A stretch of DNA of 63,221 bases, the filler included, from Phoronis australis (lineage: Eukaryota > Animalia > Phoronida): NCBI GenBank assembly GCA_002633005.1. It is 3 parts of 3 records of this genome, joined end to end, with 100 filler letters (N's around TTAATTAATTAA, not from the genome) between each part and the next. Parts side by side here need not be neighbours in the genome. Positions count along the whole stretch, not along the records: positions 29,444 to 54,639 come from NMRA01000063.1; 2 more parts are not named here. One strand, given 5' to 3'. Each line of letters begins with the position of its first letter. Position 1 is the first letter of the stretch. Of this stretch, positions 37,872 through 50,600 are shown piece after piece. Below the pieces are notes generated by a model. The model had not been told where the DNA came from, made no database searches, and saw only the letters and a list, made by a program, of their open reading frames with translations. The position numbers and the translations under genes are program-made.

Positions 37872-39239
37872 GTAGGGACCAACTCTATTCTAGTTGCGTC
37901 TGTAAGTTAAGAAATATGTATTGTGTCGCTGATCGCATGTTGTGGGTTTTTGGCCCAGCTTGTGAGCATTGTGTTGCTGATGGCATGTTGTGGCCCAGCT
38001 TTTGAGCTTTGTACACTTATTTGATGCATAACTGCTTACAAATTTACAAAACATGTAACCTGGTCGGTGAATTATTTCATCAGGGTGTTATGTACATGTC
38101 GTAGTCAGTTTCTTACTTGTTATCCGATGGAAAATGAGAATTACTTCTGGAAATTTCCGATGGCTGCGGACTGGCTGCTATCTTCCTCAGTATTGATTAT
38201 CACTAGGTGGAGCCCTTGAAAATAGCATTTTGCAAATAGGGTTTAGGCATAGGGACCTCTCGTGACTCGCATTTAATATCTGCTAAAAAACCATGCACTT
38301 TCAACAATGTAGAAAACAATGTAATCTGGGAGTGGTGGCTTGTTAAATGGTTCCAGTCAACTGAAAGTGCCACTTGTAACTTCTTAGTCAATTGTCTGTC
38401 CATGATCACTAATACTTCTAAAACTTGTTTGTTTTGTTTGTCTTGTTCTAGTTTCTTTCTTCCCCCTTTCATCTTTTCCAAATCCATTCATAACTGATGT
38501 CGAAGGAAAAATATTTGACTTCTCACTCTGCGAACCTGTGCCAACTTTTGATAAAATAACTGTAGTCACATTTTACCATGGCAGGTTGTTACTGACTGGT
38601 GCTAATAGCTTTTGTTGCTATGGTAGACAGGAAACTTATTCAAATTAATTACTCTATTAATCTCGACCATATGTTCACAAATCTACTCAAAAAAAAATCA
38701 TCCGACATAGTGTCTGTTCTATGCTCCAGCCAGTGCTGCAAATCCTTGACTTGTGATGAACTTTCGAGACATCTTCAGCAACTGTTACACTGATTCAGCA
38801 ACCTGCCGTCACTATAGCTGGCTCTCTATTTATTAACAGTGTAACTGCTGGTTCTGTAACTGCAATTCAACTTTAGTTTTACTCGACTTAACTGACTGTC
38901 AATAACCCATGCCTGAGCATTTATAGTATTATAGTATTTATACCTCTTACAATGTTCAATATACACCTTCTAGAATGTGCCAGAGGACAGTTCTATGTTA
39001 ATCACATGTGGTATAATTAACTAGACTGTTATCTAGTATTCTATTGTATAAAAATTACTTCACCACTGGCTTGACCTCATGGATCATGTTAATCAAGTAC
39101 TATCTTCTAGTAAACACGTAGAATAGCAAAGTTAAACATTTAACTAAAACCAGTCAGTCAGTTTACTCATGACAGTTGTTTTGATGTTGGTATGAAATTT
39201 GCTAGAAGATTTATCAAGTTTATGTTTATCAATTCAGAA

Positions 39240-40517
39240 TTTTTATGCACCCACATATTTATATGTGGACGCATTATGCCGTCAACTCCGTACGTCCGGG
39301 CGGCGTCCGTCGGGCCTCCAGCATCCGCTGCTCTATCTCCAAAAGCCTTTGACTTACGTTCATGAAATTTGGCACATATGTTCCGTTCATGAATGGGACG
39401 GCATGAGCGAACTTTCGGATGGATCCGACTACTCGTATGCCCCCTAGTGGCAATTTTATTTTTTTTATGCTTACCTTTGTATCTTCAAAAATCCTAAACG
39501 GATTTTCATGAAATTTGGTATGTAGGCACCTATTAGTGAGCTGACGCTATCCTCCTGTTTTTGGATGGATTCAACGTAGTTTGCGCCACTTAGTGGCAAT
39601 TTTTACTGTTTTCGAGTCTGTTTTTTGCGTCCACCCCTCTATCAACCAAACGGCTCCAAGGATGATTGTGAAAATTAGCATAACTATAAAGTCTTTGTAG
39701 TATAAAGAGGACAGTTGACGATAATTTTCCGACGATTTCGACTACTGTGGCGCCTCCTAGTGGCAGTTTTGTTTTTGTTGCGCCTATGGCTGTATCTCCT
39801 AAACCGTTCGCAGGATCTTTACTTAAGTTAGCAAGTGTATTTATATGATGTTGGTTACGGATGACGACGACTTTCGGACAGATCTGACTACTGCTGTGCC
39901 CCCTAGTGGCAATTTGAATTTTTTTACGTTTAACTCAGTATCTTCAAAGGTCCGCAACAGATTTTCATAAAATTTTAAATATAGGCATCTATTGGTGTGA
40001 TGGCGCTATCTTCCTGTTTTTGGATGGAATCGAGGTATTTTGCACCACCTAGTGGCCATTTTTTGCTGTTTTTTTCAAATCTTGTTTTTGGTGTCCACCC
40101 CTGTATCAACCAAATCCTTTGAAAATTAGCATGTATGTTCTCAGTGTGAAAATGACCTTTGATGATGATGATGACTGACTACTGTGGCGCCTCCTAGTGG
40201 TAGTTTTATTTTGCGCCCATAGTTGTATCTCCTAAACCCACTGCAGGATCTTTACTAAATTTAGTAAGTGTATTTATATGAAGTTAACAACAGACGGCAA
40301 CGACTTTCAGGCGGATCCAACGGACACTGTGCTCACTAGTGGCAATTTCATTTTATTCTGTTTTCCTTTGTTTCTCTGAAGTTCTTTGACAGATTTTTAT
40401 GAAATATGGCATGTTCCCATCTAGTGGCCATTTTTATGATACAAATAAATAACCCTAAAAGCACACCATTTGCAATGCATTCATGGGTGCATTTCAACGC
40501 TCCGCGTTGCTCTTGTT
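39240..40517 (+). mobile_element. HINE/DINE-1-like element, copy 2
   Basis: Colinear with 12118-13615. Subterminal IR ATGCACCCA / TGGGTGCAT, 3' stem-loop CAACGC-TCC-GCGTTG, ending CTTGTT. Confidence 0.82.
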
Positions 40518-40844
40518 CCACTAATGAGCAACATGGACTTGGTTAACATCTCTTCAGTGAGTTGCTTTTAATTAATGTGGTCTGGCTTCTTACAAATACG
40601 AGATCATGGCGAGAAACTGCCGATGAATGCTTAGTTTGAAGTTCCTTTCCTCAGTGTCTGTGTGAGTTGATGTGCGAGATAAACCTGTTCATGGTGTTGT
40701 GGATAATGAAATTATAAATCGTGTGTAGTTTAATACATTGAAGACCATAGCATGTTGTGCTGACATGTGCTTAAGAGGTTCTGCCTCGTGATACACAAGA
40801 ATTGCACCAAGGGGTATGTGACACATTAACCTTGTTGTCTTCAG

Positions 40845-40933
40845 GACCTGGGCATTCCCTCTCATCACACAGATGATGATGACTCATCAAAAGGACGGAC
40901 AGGCAGATTAAAGTCACTGGATGCGTTTAGAGG
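40845..40933 (+). CDS. HGSNAT: HGSNAT exon (RLxSLDxFRG motif)
   Basis: tcttcag|GAC. Reads DLGIPSHHTDDDDSSKGRTGRLKSLDAFR(G), donor GG|gtatgt; phase 0 to 2. Confidence 0.93.
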
Positions 40934-41173
40934 GTATGTAATGACTCACATTTTTACAAATTTAACTCCAGCTTTTCAGTTAAATGTGTCATATTCAGGT
41001 CAGTATTTTAGAAAAGTTAATGTAATAATTGTATACTATTTATAAATAATACAAAAATTCTGTTGAAAGTCTCCAAATAGAGTACGATTCTTTGTGTTAG
41101 ACCTTGTATGATTATGTCATAATTCCAATTGTTGGTGGACTAGCCTTACTTAAACTTCATTTATCTCTTTCAG

Positions 41174-41281
41174 TTTTTCGTTGGTGATAATGATCTTTGT
41201 TAACTATGGAGGTGGTCAATATTGGTTTTTTAACCATTCAGCTTGGAATGGACTGACCGTAGCTGATTTGGTGTTTCCTTG
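41174..41281 (+). CDS. HGSNAT: HGSNAT exon carrying the catalytic His
   Basis: ctttcag|T. Reads [35 protein letters not shown](W), the family signature; donor TG|gtgagt. Confidence 0.95.
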
Positions 41282-42032
41282 GTGAGTTCCGAAATATTGC
41301 AAAGGAACATGGATGAGTTTGCAACAATGTATATGCTTAATTTTGAATGATTCTAATGCAGTTTTCGTTAAAAACAATTCGACATTGATTATTAGTTATT
41401 ACTTCTTTCTGCATTTCTCGTATTGTCTAAAAATAATCCTGTGCGTAAAGTGTATCTGTTCAGTAGCTCCCCAAGTGACATTGTTAAATGAATAAACAAT
41501 AGAAAAGTTGTTATAAAAATTATATGAGACTGCAGTACTTCGAATGTAGGTTGACTTCATTGAAGGAAGGAAATAAAATGAGACCACAGTGAGTTGTAGT
41601 GAGACACAAGAAAGGTGCTGACATAACAAACCATGCACCACATAGGTGGTCAGTACTGGAGCAGGCTAATTGTGGCCAATCTTGTGTTTCCTTGGTAACA
41701 AAAGTTTTGGAGGTGACATGGTACACGGCTCCCTCTCCATGGTGATAGAAACAGACACATGAGTAACACCACCAAGTTTCATATTAAGTAATCTTTGCAC
41801 ATGGACACCTGAATGTTTGCTCATTTCCTATATGACTAAGTTTCCAAAAAGTCTATTTGTTACAGTTATGTTGCTGTCACAATGCTTGATAGCGTCAGAA
41901 TTGGTTACAAGCATCTTTAGGGTAACCATTATAAAATGCTGTGGCTTACCTGTCTTCAGATAGCATGTGAGCTACTGCGCTTTTCCTGGTTACTTGCTCA
42001 CCTTCTCACACCGTTTCCTTGGTGTTTTCCAG

Positions 42033-42178
42033 GTTTGTCTTCATAATGGGAACTGCAATAGCCCTTGTATTTAATCGCTTAAAAACGAGGGGTGCAACTT
42101 GCAGGAAAACATTTTTCAGAGTAGCTCAACGCACGCTGGTTTTGTTCACTCTTGGAGTAATGATAAATTCCAAGAAAG
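42033..42178 (+). CDS. HGSNAT: HGSNAT alternative exon A (146 nt)
   Basis: ttttccag|G. Reads FVFIMGTAIALVFNRLKTRGATCRKTFFRVAQRTLVLFTLGVMINSKK, donor G|gtacta; phase 2 to 1, no stops. Confidence 0.85.
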
Positions 42179-42314
42179 GTACTATTTAATGGGCTGGCTC
42201 GTGTCGTGTTCTTCAAGATGGCTGAACATACACTCCAAGAGTTACTGAACTTGCACCATCACATAAGAATTCTTTTTCACTTTGATTGATTTTACGTAAC
42301 GTTAAACATCTGCA

Positions 42315-44040
42315 TTTTTATGTGCCCACGTATATGTATGTGGGTGCATATTGCCGTCATCTCTGTCTGGGCATCCTGGCGTCCGCATCTGTCTCCTAAA
42401 CCCCTTACAGGATCTTAATGAAATTTGGCAGCTGTATTCTTATGAAGCTGGCGATGGGTGACGACAAATTTTAGACCTTTCTGGCTACAGTGACAATTTT
42501 AGTGTTTAACGTTTACCTTTGTATCTTCGGAGGTCCTCAAATGGATTTTCATAAAATTTGGCATTTAGGCATCTATTAGTGAGATGACGCTATTGCCCCA
42601 TTTTCGGATGGATTTGAGGTATTTTGCACCACCTAGTGGCCATTTTTACTGTTTTCGAGTTTGTTTTTGGTGTCCGCCCCTCTGTCAAATAAATCACTCT
42701 AAGGACGATTGTGAAAATTGGCATATATGTTCCTACTGTGAAGAAGAAAGCTGACGATGATTTTCCGGTGACATCAAATACTGTGGCGCCTCCCAGTGGC
42801 AGTATTTTTGTGGCTATATCTCCTAAATGCTCTACAGGATCTTTATTAAATTTAGCAAATGTATTTATATGATGTTAGAAACAAAAGACGATGACTTTCA
42901 GACGGACTGAAGTTCCGGTGCGCCCCCTAGTGGCAATTTTAGTTTTTTTACGTTTACCTAGTCTGTATCTTCAAAGGTCCTCAAAGGATTTCCATAAAAT
43001 TTGGCAGATAGGCATCTATTAGTGACCTGAGGGCCCTCTTGGAAAGCAGTGCTATCACTGAAGAGGCCACCCTCTTTTTAAATATCACAATAATAAATAA
43101 ATAAATAGACTCTATCCATTCGTTTTCGGATTGATTCAAGGTATTTTGTGCCACCTAGTGGTAATTTTTATTGTTTTCAAGTCTGTTTTTTTGGTGTGTG
43201 CCCCTCTGTCAACCAAACTACTCACTCTAAGGATGATTGTGGAAATTGGCATGTACGTTCCTGCTGTGAAGAGGACGGCTGTCGATAATTTTCTGACTAC
43301 CTCGACTTCTGTGACTAGAGACAGTTTTGTTTTATTTATGCCCATGGCTGTATCTCCCAAACTCTGTAGGATTGTTATTAAATGTAGCAAGTGTATTTAT
43401 ATGAAGTTGACAACAGGCAGCGACGACTTTCAGACGAATCTGACAAATGCTGTGACCCATAGTGGCAATTATTTATTTTTTTCCGTTTTCCTCTTTTTTC
43501 TCTAATTCAAGTTTCTTGAGGGATTTTTATGAAATTTGGTAAATAGTTTTCTGTTGAAATGAGGACATGTTCCTGTTTTCACATGGATTTGACGTATTTT
43601 ATGGCCATTTGTACTGTCAGTTGTGTAGTCTGATTTTGCGTCTGCCCCTCCATCAACCAATTCACTCTAAGTATGATTGTGAAAATTGGCATATATGTTC
43701 TTAGTGTGAAGAGAACAGTCGACGATGATTTTCCGACGACTTCGACTACTGTGGCGCCTCCTAGTTGCAGTTAATTTTTTTTCACCCATAGCCCCCTTGT
43801 GGCAGTTTCATTTTTTTTTTGTTTTCCTCTATTTCTCTGAAGTTCCTTGACTCATTTTTATGATATGTGGTAAATAGCTTTCTATAAAAGAGTCAATGAT
43901 ATGTTCCCGTTTTTGTATGGATTCGACTTATTTTGCGCCATCTGGGAGCCATTTCTGTGATACAAATCAACACCCCTAGAAGCACACCATTTGTGATTCC
44001 TTTGTGGGCGCATTTCAGTGCTTTTATCCACGTTGCTCTT
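42315..44040 (+). mobile_element. HINE/DINE-1-like element, copy 3 (more diverged), between the two alternative exons
   Basis: Same 5' hairpin (ATGTGCCCAC..GTGGGTGCAT), same internal repeat units, 3' GTGGGCGCAT...GTTGCTCTT. Confidence 0.78.
43027..43107 (+). mobile_element. 5'-truncated retroposon (LINE/SINE) 3' end inserted in HINE copy 3
   Basis: Interrupts the otherwise conserved 'ATTAGTGA..GACGCTATCC' unit. Contains a stem-loop (CCTCTT..CAGT..ACTG AAGAGG) and ends in (TAAA)n. Confidence 0.6.
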
Positions 44041-44550
44041 CTGATTTATTTAGGTTCAGAATACTTGGAGTGATTCTTCAGTCATCTGTTTGTGTTGTCA
44101 TGTTTGTTATTTCATTTGTGGAAAACTTTTGCCAGCAATTTATTTTTAAAAAATGAAAACTTTTTTGTCAAGAACCTTGTTTGATAGTGACTGAGTAAGT
44201 TACATTTTACTTGGTGGCTGAGATAGGGTTAAAACCAGGTTCACATTGTGTTATGTACAAAATATCATGAATAATCATGTTTGTTGAAGTGAGTTCTTGA
44301 ACCAGGTGTACTATGAGTATGCGCTGTATGTTGTTTCAGTAACTACATGTCTTCACCATGGAAACAAGTTGGTCAAGTCAGTGAGGGCTTTCTTTTAAAA
44401 AAATTTCATTGCGTATTTCTAGTTCTCAAAAGCCTTGTCCTTAAAACTTCATAATTATTGAAAAATAATATAGTTGCTGGCAAAGGTTTTGCTTTCATAC
44501 TAACCTTTCAAACTCATTAGAAAGCATGTGACTGCTCTGTGTATTCGCAG

Positions 44551-44696
44551 GTTTATCTTTATTATGGGTACTGCTATGGCCCTGTCATTCTCTTCCTTAC
44601 AACGTAAAAATGTTGCCAGAAAAAAGCTGTTCTGGAAGATAGTAAGCAGAACAGTGGTGCTGTTCATTTTGGGCCTCATTATTAGCAATAATACTG
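44551..44696 (+). CDS. HGSNAT: HGSNAT alternative exon B (146 nt)
   Basis: attcgcag|G. Reads FIFIMGTAMALSFSSLQRKNVARKKLFWKIVSRTVVLFILGLIISNNT, donor G|gtaagt; phase 2 to 1, no stops. Confidence 0.9.
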
Positions 44697-44914
44697 GTAA
44701 GTTGAGTGGTTAATAATGACTGTTAGCACACTGCTTATTCAAGTAGTACTGAAAAGCCAAAAGAAAACAGACAAAATGACACATTTTGCTTATTATGACA
44801 GCTGAGCTCAAGCGCAATTCTCTACCATGACGATTAAATGTTGGTGGATTTGACCTGTCGTAGATGTCATCTGTCAACTAAAATGTTATACAGTAGAAAA
44901 GATATTCTCACTCT

Positions 44915-45732
44915 GAGCTGTTCCAGTAAAATCCGTGTGGGAGGGGGGGGGGGACGGCAGTAGAAATAAAAATTCATGGGTGGTGGTCTTCAGAATAAAA
45001 CTCAAATTATGGGTGGTCTTTCCTGTAAGAAGTGATGCATTAAAAATGGGTAGTATTTTTTGACCTGTTAATGTTGACAGGTTGGTTACTTCAGCCAAAA
45101 CTCAAAAAACTGCAATTGGCATATATCCTAACTTATCCCAATACAAAAAGCCCATATTGCCAGTGAACAGAGTGCAATATCTTTACTAAGCCATTAATGA
45201 AGTCATGGGCCACTTGATTTGAGCCAACTGTTTGTCTGCAGTCCTACTGAATCGAAAAGTTATGCAACACTAAACTGGTGTTAACACATATAAGAAAATT
45301 GATGATTTTTAAATAAAAAGTATGAGGAGTAAGATAAACAAGTTCCAATATTCACTTGACATAGAAGTATAAAAGAGTTCGTGGAGACAGTTTGAGATTC
45401 ATAGATCCTTATAATTGAAAAAATGTTCATTGAAATTATTGACACATGGTGAACAGAGACACCTGGTGGCTGCCAAAAGTATTGCTCACAGGCTACTTTA
45501 GTTTTTGACAATATTGGACAAGACAACTAGTTCTTGTCTGTCAATCATCTAAGTTCTTAACAGTTCCTCCTGGAGGCAATTTGTTTGCAAGTGTTTGATT
45601 TTATATTTTAACCTATTAAAATAATTAAAAAATTATGGGTCATGGGTTGGAGAAATATATGAAAAATATGGGCGGTGGGTACGAAATAAAAGTGCCTTCC
45701 CCCCTCCCATACAGATTTTGCTGGAACAGCCC
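44915..45732. mobile_element. PIF/Harbinger-type MITE, copy 2 (inverted relative to copy 1)
   Basis: TCT|GAGCTGTTCCAGTAAAA ... TTTTGCTGGAACAGCCC|TCT, 3-bp TSD. Confidence 0.8.
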
Positions 45733-47278
45733 TCTATAGTTTGTGTCTAATTAATCGTGAAAACCTGGTGATATCTTAAAAAGATCCCAGGCGCTACAGT
45801 TGACTTACACCATTAGATCATTAGATGAGCTGTTGCCACTCACTAGTACATATGAGTCTATATTATTATGAAGAATTGTTTTAATATTCAATGTTTTGTT
45901 TCCTGAATTCATTATGGTGTGACTGTATCTAGTAATATTCTTATATGTTTTTGAAAGGCACAATCTAATGAATCCAATGTCATGTTAAAAAATGCCTTTA
46001 TAGTGGATTTGCTAGGTGCTGTAAATTAATCGTTTAGGGTGGTCATGCTCCCAAAGTGTACATGAGGGCAATTCTCCTCTCTTTGGACAAACATCCTATT
46101 CATGCATTTTCAAGTTAGTTAGTACTGCTTTGGAAAGTGATAATGGCTTTGTAACGATTGATCTATACGCTTTTGTCAGTCATTTAAAGAACGTAATTAA
46201 GTAACACAAAACATTTACTTATCGAAACTTAAGGTAAAAGCCCATTAATGACTTTCACTGTGGCCTTAGAACCCTCTCCATTAATTAAAGGACAATAACC
46301 TTTACGTACGAAAATTGTTGACGTAATGCTATTTTTTGCATTGTACATCTACATTGGTCGATATCCTTCAGTTACTCTGTGTGTAATGGACCATCTTGGC
46401 AGCATAGGAAGATTGCAAAAAGAGATTACAGCAGTTATGTCGCTTCATGAAGGGTCACTACCCATTATTTTCAGCCAGAATTAAGTGCAAAAAATTGTTG
46501 ACGGAATTTATCGCCATGATGTGGAAATATTTTGTCAGTTCTTTGTTTATGTTGTGTTACAGGGCTATATATGATATAGTGTCGACCTGCATCTGTCAAT
46601 ACTGCGCAAATCACCTTTCCAAACTTATTGTTCATCAATGAAGGCTACAAAATGAGTTGGGCGCAGACCAGGGGCCCATTCCAAGAAAATGACTTAAGTT
46701 CATTTTTGACTTAAGTCTAAGATTTGTCTTAACTTACATACTTTGAAACTTCCATACCCGGTGCAAAATATCTCATAATTTGAAATGTGTAAAATTTCGC
46801 TCTGTTAATGTTGTAATGTTAGGAAGGTAATCTGGGCAATCTACTTTTACAATTCTCTTTTTATGCTTGCTTTTTGCATTATGTGTACTTTTAGATTGTG
46901 GCTGAATTAGTTCAGACTTGATGTCCTTATGATTTGCACGTTTTAATGTTACATAGAGTTAAAAGTTGAAATAAACTGTCTTGCTTTGCCTGTAGCATTA
47001 TTAGTTAATTTGAAATGAACGTCCTGTTTTCCCAAACGCTTGGTTACACTGTTCATTTTGTTAAACTGTGATGTCAGGTCGAGGCAATTTGAGTACAGTA
47101 GTACACAGCCTCCTGTTCAGTAACACTAGGACCTCGCTAAAAAGCAAGACTGCGAGATTATGTGAGATATCGCTGCGTATTTTAAATGAGATCACATCAC
47201 TTTGGGTAGGTTTTAGCTAGGTCCTATAGTTACTATATGCATGCCTGATTGATAATTGGTTTCAATTGGTGATTTCAG

Positions 47279-47394
47279 GAAATGACTTAACAAAACTACG
47301 GATACCCGGGGTGCTTCAGAGGTTTGCTGCTACGTACTTTGTTGTGGCCTTGATGGAATTGTGCTTTGCTCATGGAGCCGTCGACCAATATCAG
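47279..47394 (+). CDS. HGSNAT: HGSNAT exon (RIPGVLQR motif); last HGSNAT exon found
   Basis: atttcag|GA. Reads (G)NDLTKLRIPGVLQRFAATYFVVALMELCFAHGAVDQYQ, donor CAG|gtagtt; phase 1 to 0. Confidence 0.93.
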
Positions 47395-47602
47395 GTAGTT
47401 GACTGAAGATAAGTGACCCAACTGTAAATCTCTATAAGGGAACCTGTTGGTTATCATGATCACTGAGTAATGCGTACAATGTGCATGATTTGACAATGTA
47501 GTCATTTACAGGTGTTCCATATTTTGAGAACCATTGTGATGCCCACTATTCAGTGGATAAAACTAGAATTCTCAACGTGAGACCCCTGTAACTTACTATT
47601 AC

Positions 47603-50600
47603 CAGGAAGAGATAACCAGGAAGGGACAACTAGCTAAACCGCCGTTTTTGGCCTCCTTCCCCGGACTAATCTCAGGACTTAAGTTTCGTTTAAAAGGAAA
47701 CAGATGATTTTATCAGAGAGATTGAAGCTTTTTCTATAGAAGGATATCAAAAAAAACTCACTTTTTAACCTTAAACAGTGGTGTAAGTGTACTTTGAAAA
47801 TATCGACTTCAGCGCACGCAATCGCAATTTCCCACACGCAGTCACGGGTATTTAAGCTTTTCCGTCGATGTATAGATGGCGCAGTAGTCAAGTACTCCCT
47901 CATTTGCATATCAAATTTGCATGTGGGAGTTCTGAGACTCTCGTCAGTTTAGTTGTTGTCGAGCGCTTGAGTGCATAAAGCGGTGACCTCCCGCTGAGAG
48001 CACGCGCTGATGAAGATACCACAGCTAACTCGATCGCTTCGCAATCAGGAGGTGAAAACACTCTCATGACCGCAGTTCTGAATTCCAGCTAAGCAAGCCC
48101 TATTTCGAGCAGCGGATTTGAATTGTTTTCGTCCCCAGACTGTGGATTGCAGAGAAGATTAGAATGAGGTCAACATTGAACTTTCTGCGGCTACCTATCG
48201 TGTTGATAGTTTGAAGTGTCAGAACCATAGCCGGAGTGCGCGGGATGTCTATGATTCCTGTTCTTCTTCAGTTGGCGAAAACATTGCTATCGCATAAAGA
48301 ATGACCGTGGGTTATTCATTTTGAGTTGGACACCTGTATCCAAGAATAAATATTAATACTCTGTAATATCTCACCCTCTGCGTTTCGTTTCTTTGACGTT
48401 GTTTGAGGTTGCGGTATCGTGAAACAACGCCGTCGGGTGAGAGAAGTTGCACCGAATAACTGGAATTAGCTGCAGTTCTTTCCTTTAGAATGCCCGGACT
48501 CAGCTGTGCCATTTTCTTGGCAAGTCTCTTGCCTGCCGAAATCTTTCTGAGCATTGAAGACATCGGCCTTCTCCTGCGCCAATCAACCTTTTATCTGCTA
48601 CAGAAATGTTATGCCTAATTTCCTACCATTTTAGCACACTTTGTGTCTCTGCTACAGTTAGCACTGCCATAATCGTATTTCTTGATTCTGCCACAGTATG
48701 CCTACTTGGAATTCAGTTTTGTTAGGTGTTTTTCCAAATTAAGCCACAACAGTTGTTCATCATTAAATGCCTCAGATTCCTCGATGCCATGGACATTTCC
48801 GTCAACACAAAACGCACCCTTGCCATTCTTAAAAAATCGTATATATGTGCTATAATTGCTTCGAAGAACCGGCAGTAACCGTGGCTGGAACGTCGGCAGC
48901 TTCGCGACTAAGTCTACAGCAAACTCCTGTTGAAATTCTCCATACTTCAAAATTCTTGTTTGCAGGTGCTGATAATTGCCTTCAATGGTTTTCATAATAA
49001 GAGACTAGAAAGCACACACGCCCACTGGCCTGCTGCCTTATATTTTCACTGGCCACCTTGCTACAGTCGACTTGCGCAATAGCCGAATTAGTTTCCACGT
49101 TTGTGGTCACGCGCCGGGTACAGGCCCATGAGACAAGTTGCAGCAACAAATTCAGTACGAATCCATAAACCCTTTTACACGCACAATTAAATGCGCAAAA
49201 CTGCTCCTGTATTTCTTAAACCTTTAATTTAATGCTCAAGCTATACAACGAGTGCATGTTGAAACACAACATTGACCTTGGACTAACGATGGACTCCTTG
49301 CATCAGGACCTTAGTAAGCGGGGAGAGGGCGAGTGCCACCCCAAAAAAATTGCATGCCTCAGGGTTAAACCATGGCAATCGACAAAGGTGTGGGGATGGG
49401 GAAAGACAAAAAAGAAAGACTTCGAATACTGATCAGAGAGAAAACTCAAGAGAACTTTGAAAACTCGGTATCAGTGTATGGTTTACCATTTGAGGGCCCT
49501 GACCAGGACAATTGTTGTTAGGGTCTCCGTTTTTGCAGCATANNNNNNNNNNNNNNNNNNNNNNNNNNNNNNNNNNNNNNNNNNNNNNNNNNNNNNNNNN
49601 NNNNNNNNNNNNNNNNNNNNNNNNNNNNNNNNNNNNNNNNNNNNNNNNNNNNNNNNNNNNNNNNNNNNNNNNNNNNNNNNNNNNNNNNNNNNNNNNNNNN
49701 NNNNNNNNNNNNNNNNNNNNNNNNNNNNNNNNNNNNNNNNNNNNNNNNNNNNNNNNNNNNNNNNNNNNNNNNNNNNNNNNNNNNNNNNNNNNNNNNNNNN
49801 NNNNNNNNNNNNNNNNNNNNNNNNNNNNNNNNNNNNNNNNNNNNNNNNNNNNNNNNNNNNNNNNNNNNNNNNNNNNNNNNNNNNNNNNNNNNNNNNNNNN
49901 NNNNNNNNNNNNNNNNNNNNNNNNNNNNNNNNNNNNNNNNNNNNNNNNNNNNNNNNNNNNNNNNNNNNNNNNNNNNNNNNNNNNNNNNNNNNNNNNNNNN
50001 NNNNNNNNNNNNNNNNNNNNNNNNNNNNNNNNNNNNNNNNNNNNNNNNNNNNNNNNNNNNNNNNNNNNNNNNNNNNNACTTTGTTTCAGTTTTATATAAG
50101 TATTGGTTAGGGTGAGAATAATTCATTTTGAAACAGAACGCTCAGTAATAAACGTCAACATGGCAACTCGCAATCCCCCGCGACTTAGACGAGAGCTCAT
50201 CAGTCCCTACGAAGACTTCGCAGGTGGATCGTTAGGTTTCACAGGCTATCAGTTCGAACAGGAATACAGTGATGAAGAAATACTAAAGAGGCGCCGTGAA
50301 CAAGCTCAGACAACGGAACGTAGGGATAGTTATTTGGCAAGCTGGGATTCATCAGGCACTCACGCGGCTGTCGACCACTGCAGGCCACAGACAAGGAGAT
50401 GTTCCACGGCCTCATACTTGCTATTTACAACGTACTTTTCATTCTTCACTACTGCGATCCACTTCCTAAACATTTTGGACTCTCGAAGAAGTCGAAAAAA
50501 CGATATTCCCGCTTTCCTTGCAGCTGCATACCTCGCACAAGCGGGAACGATGCACCGCAACATAGCGGCATTCACTCTTCAGATGAACCACTGACGTCGC

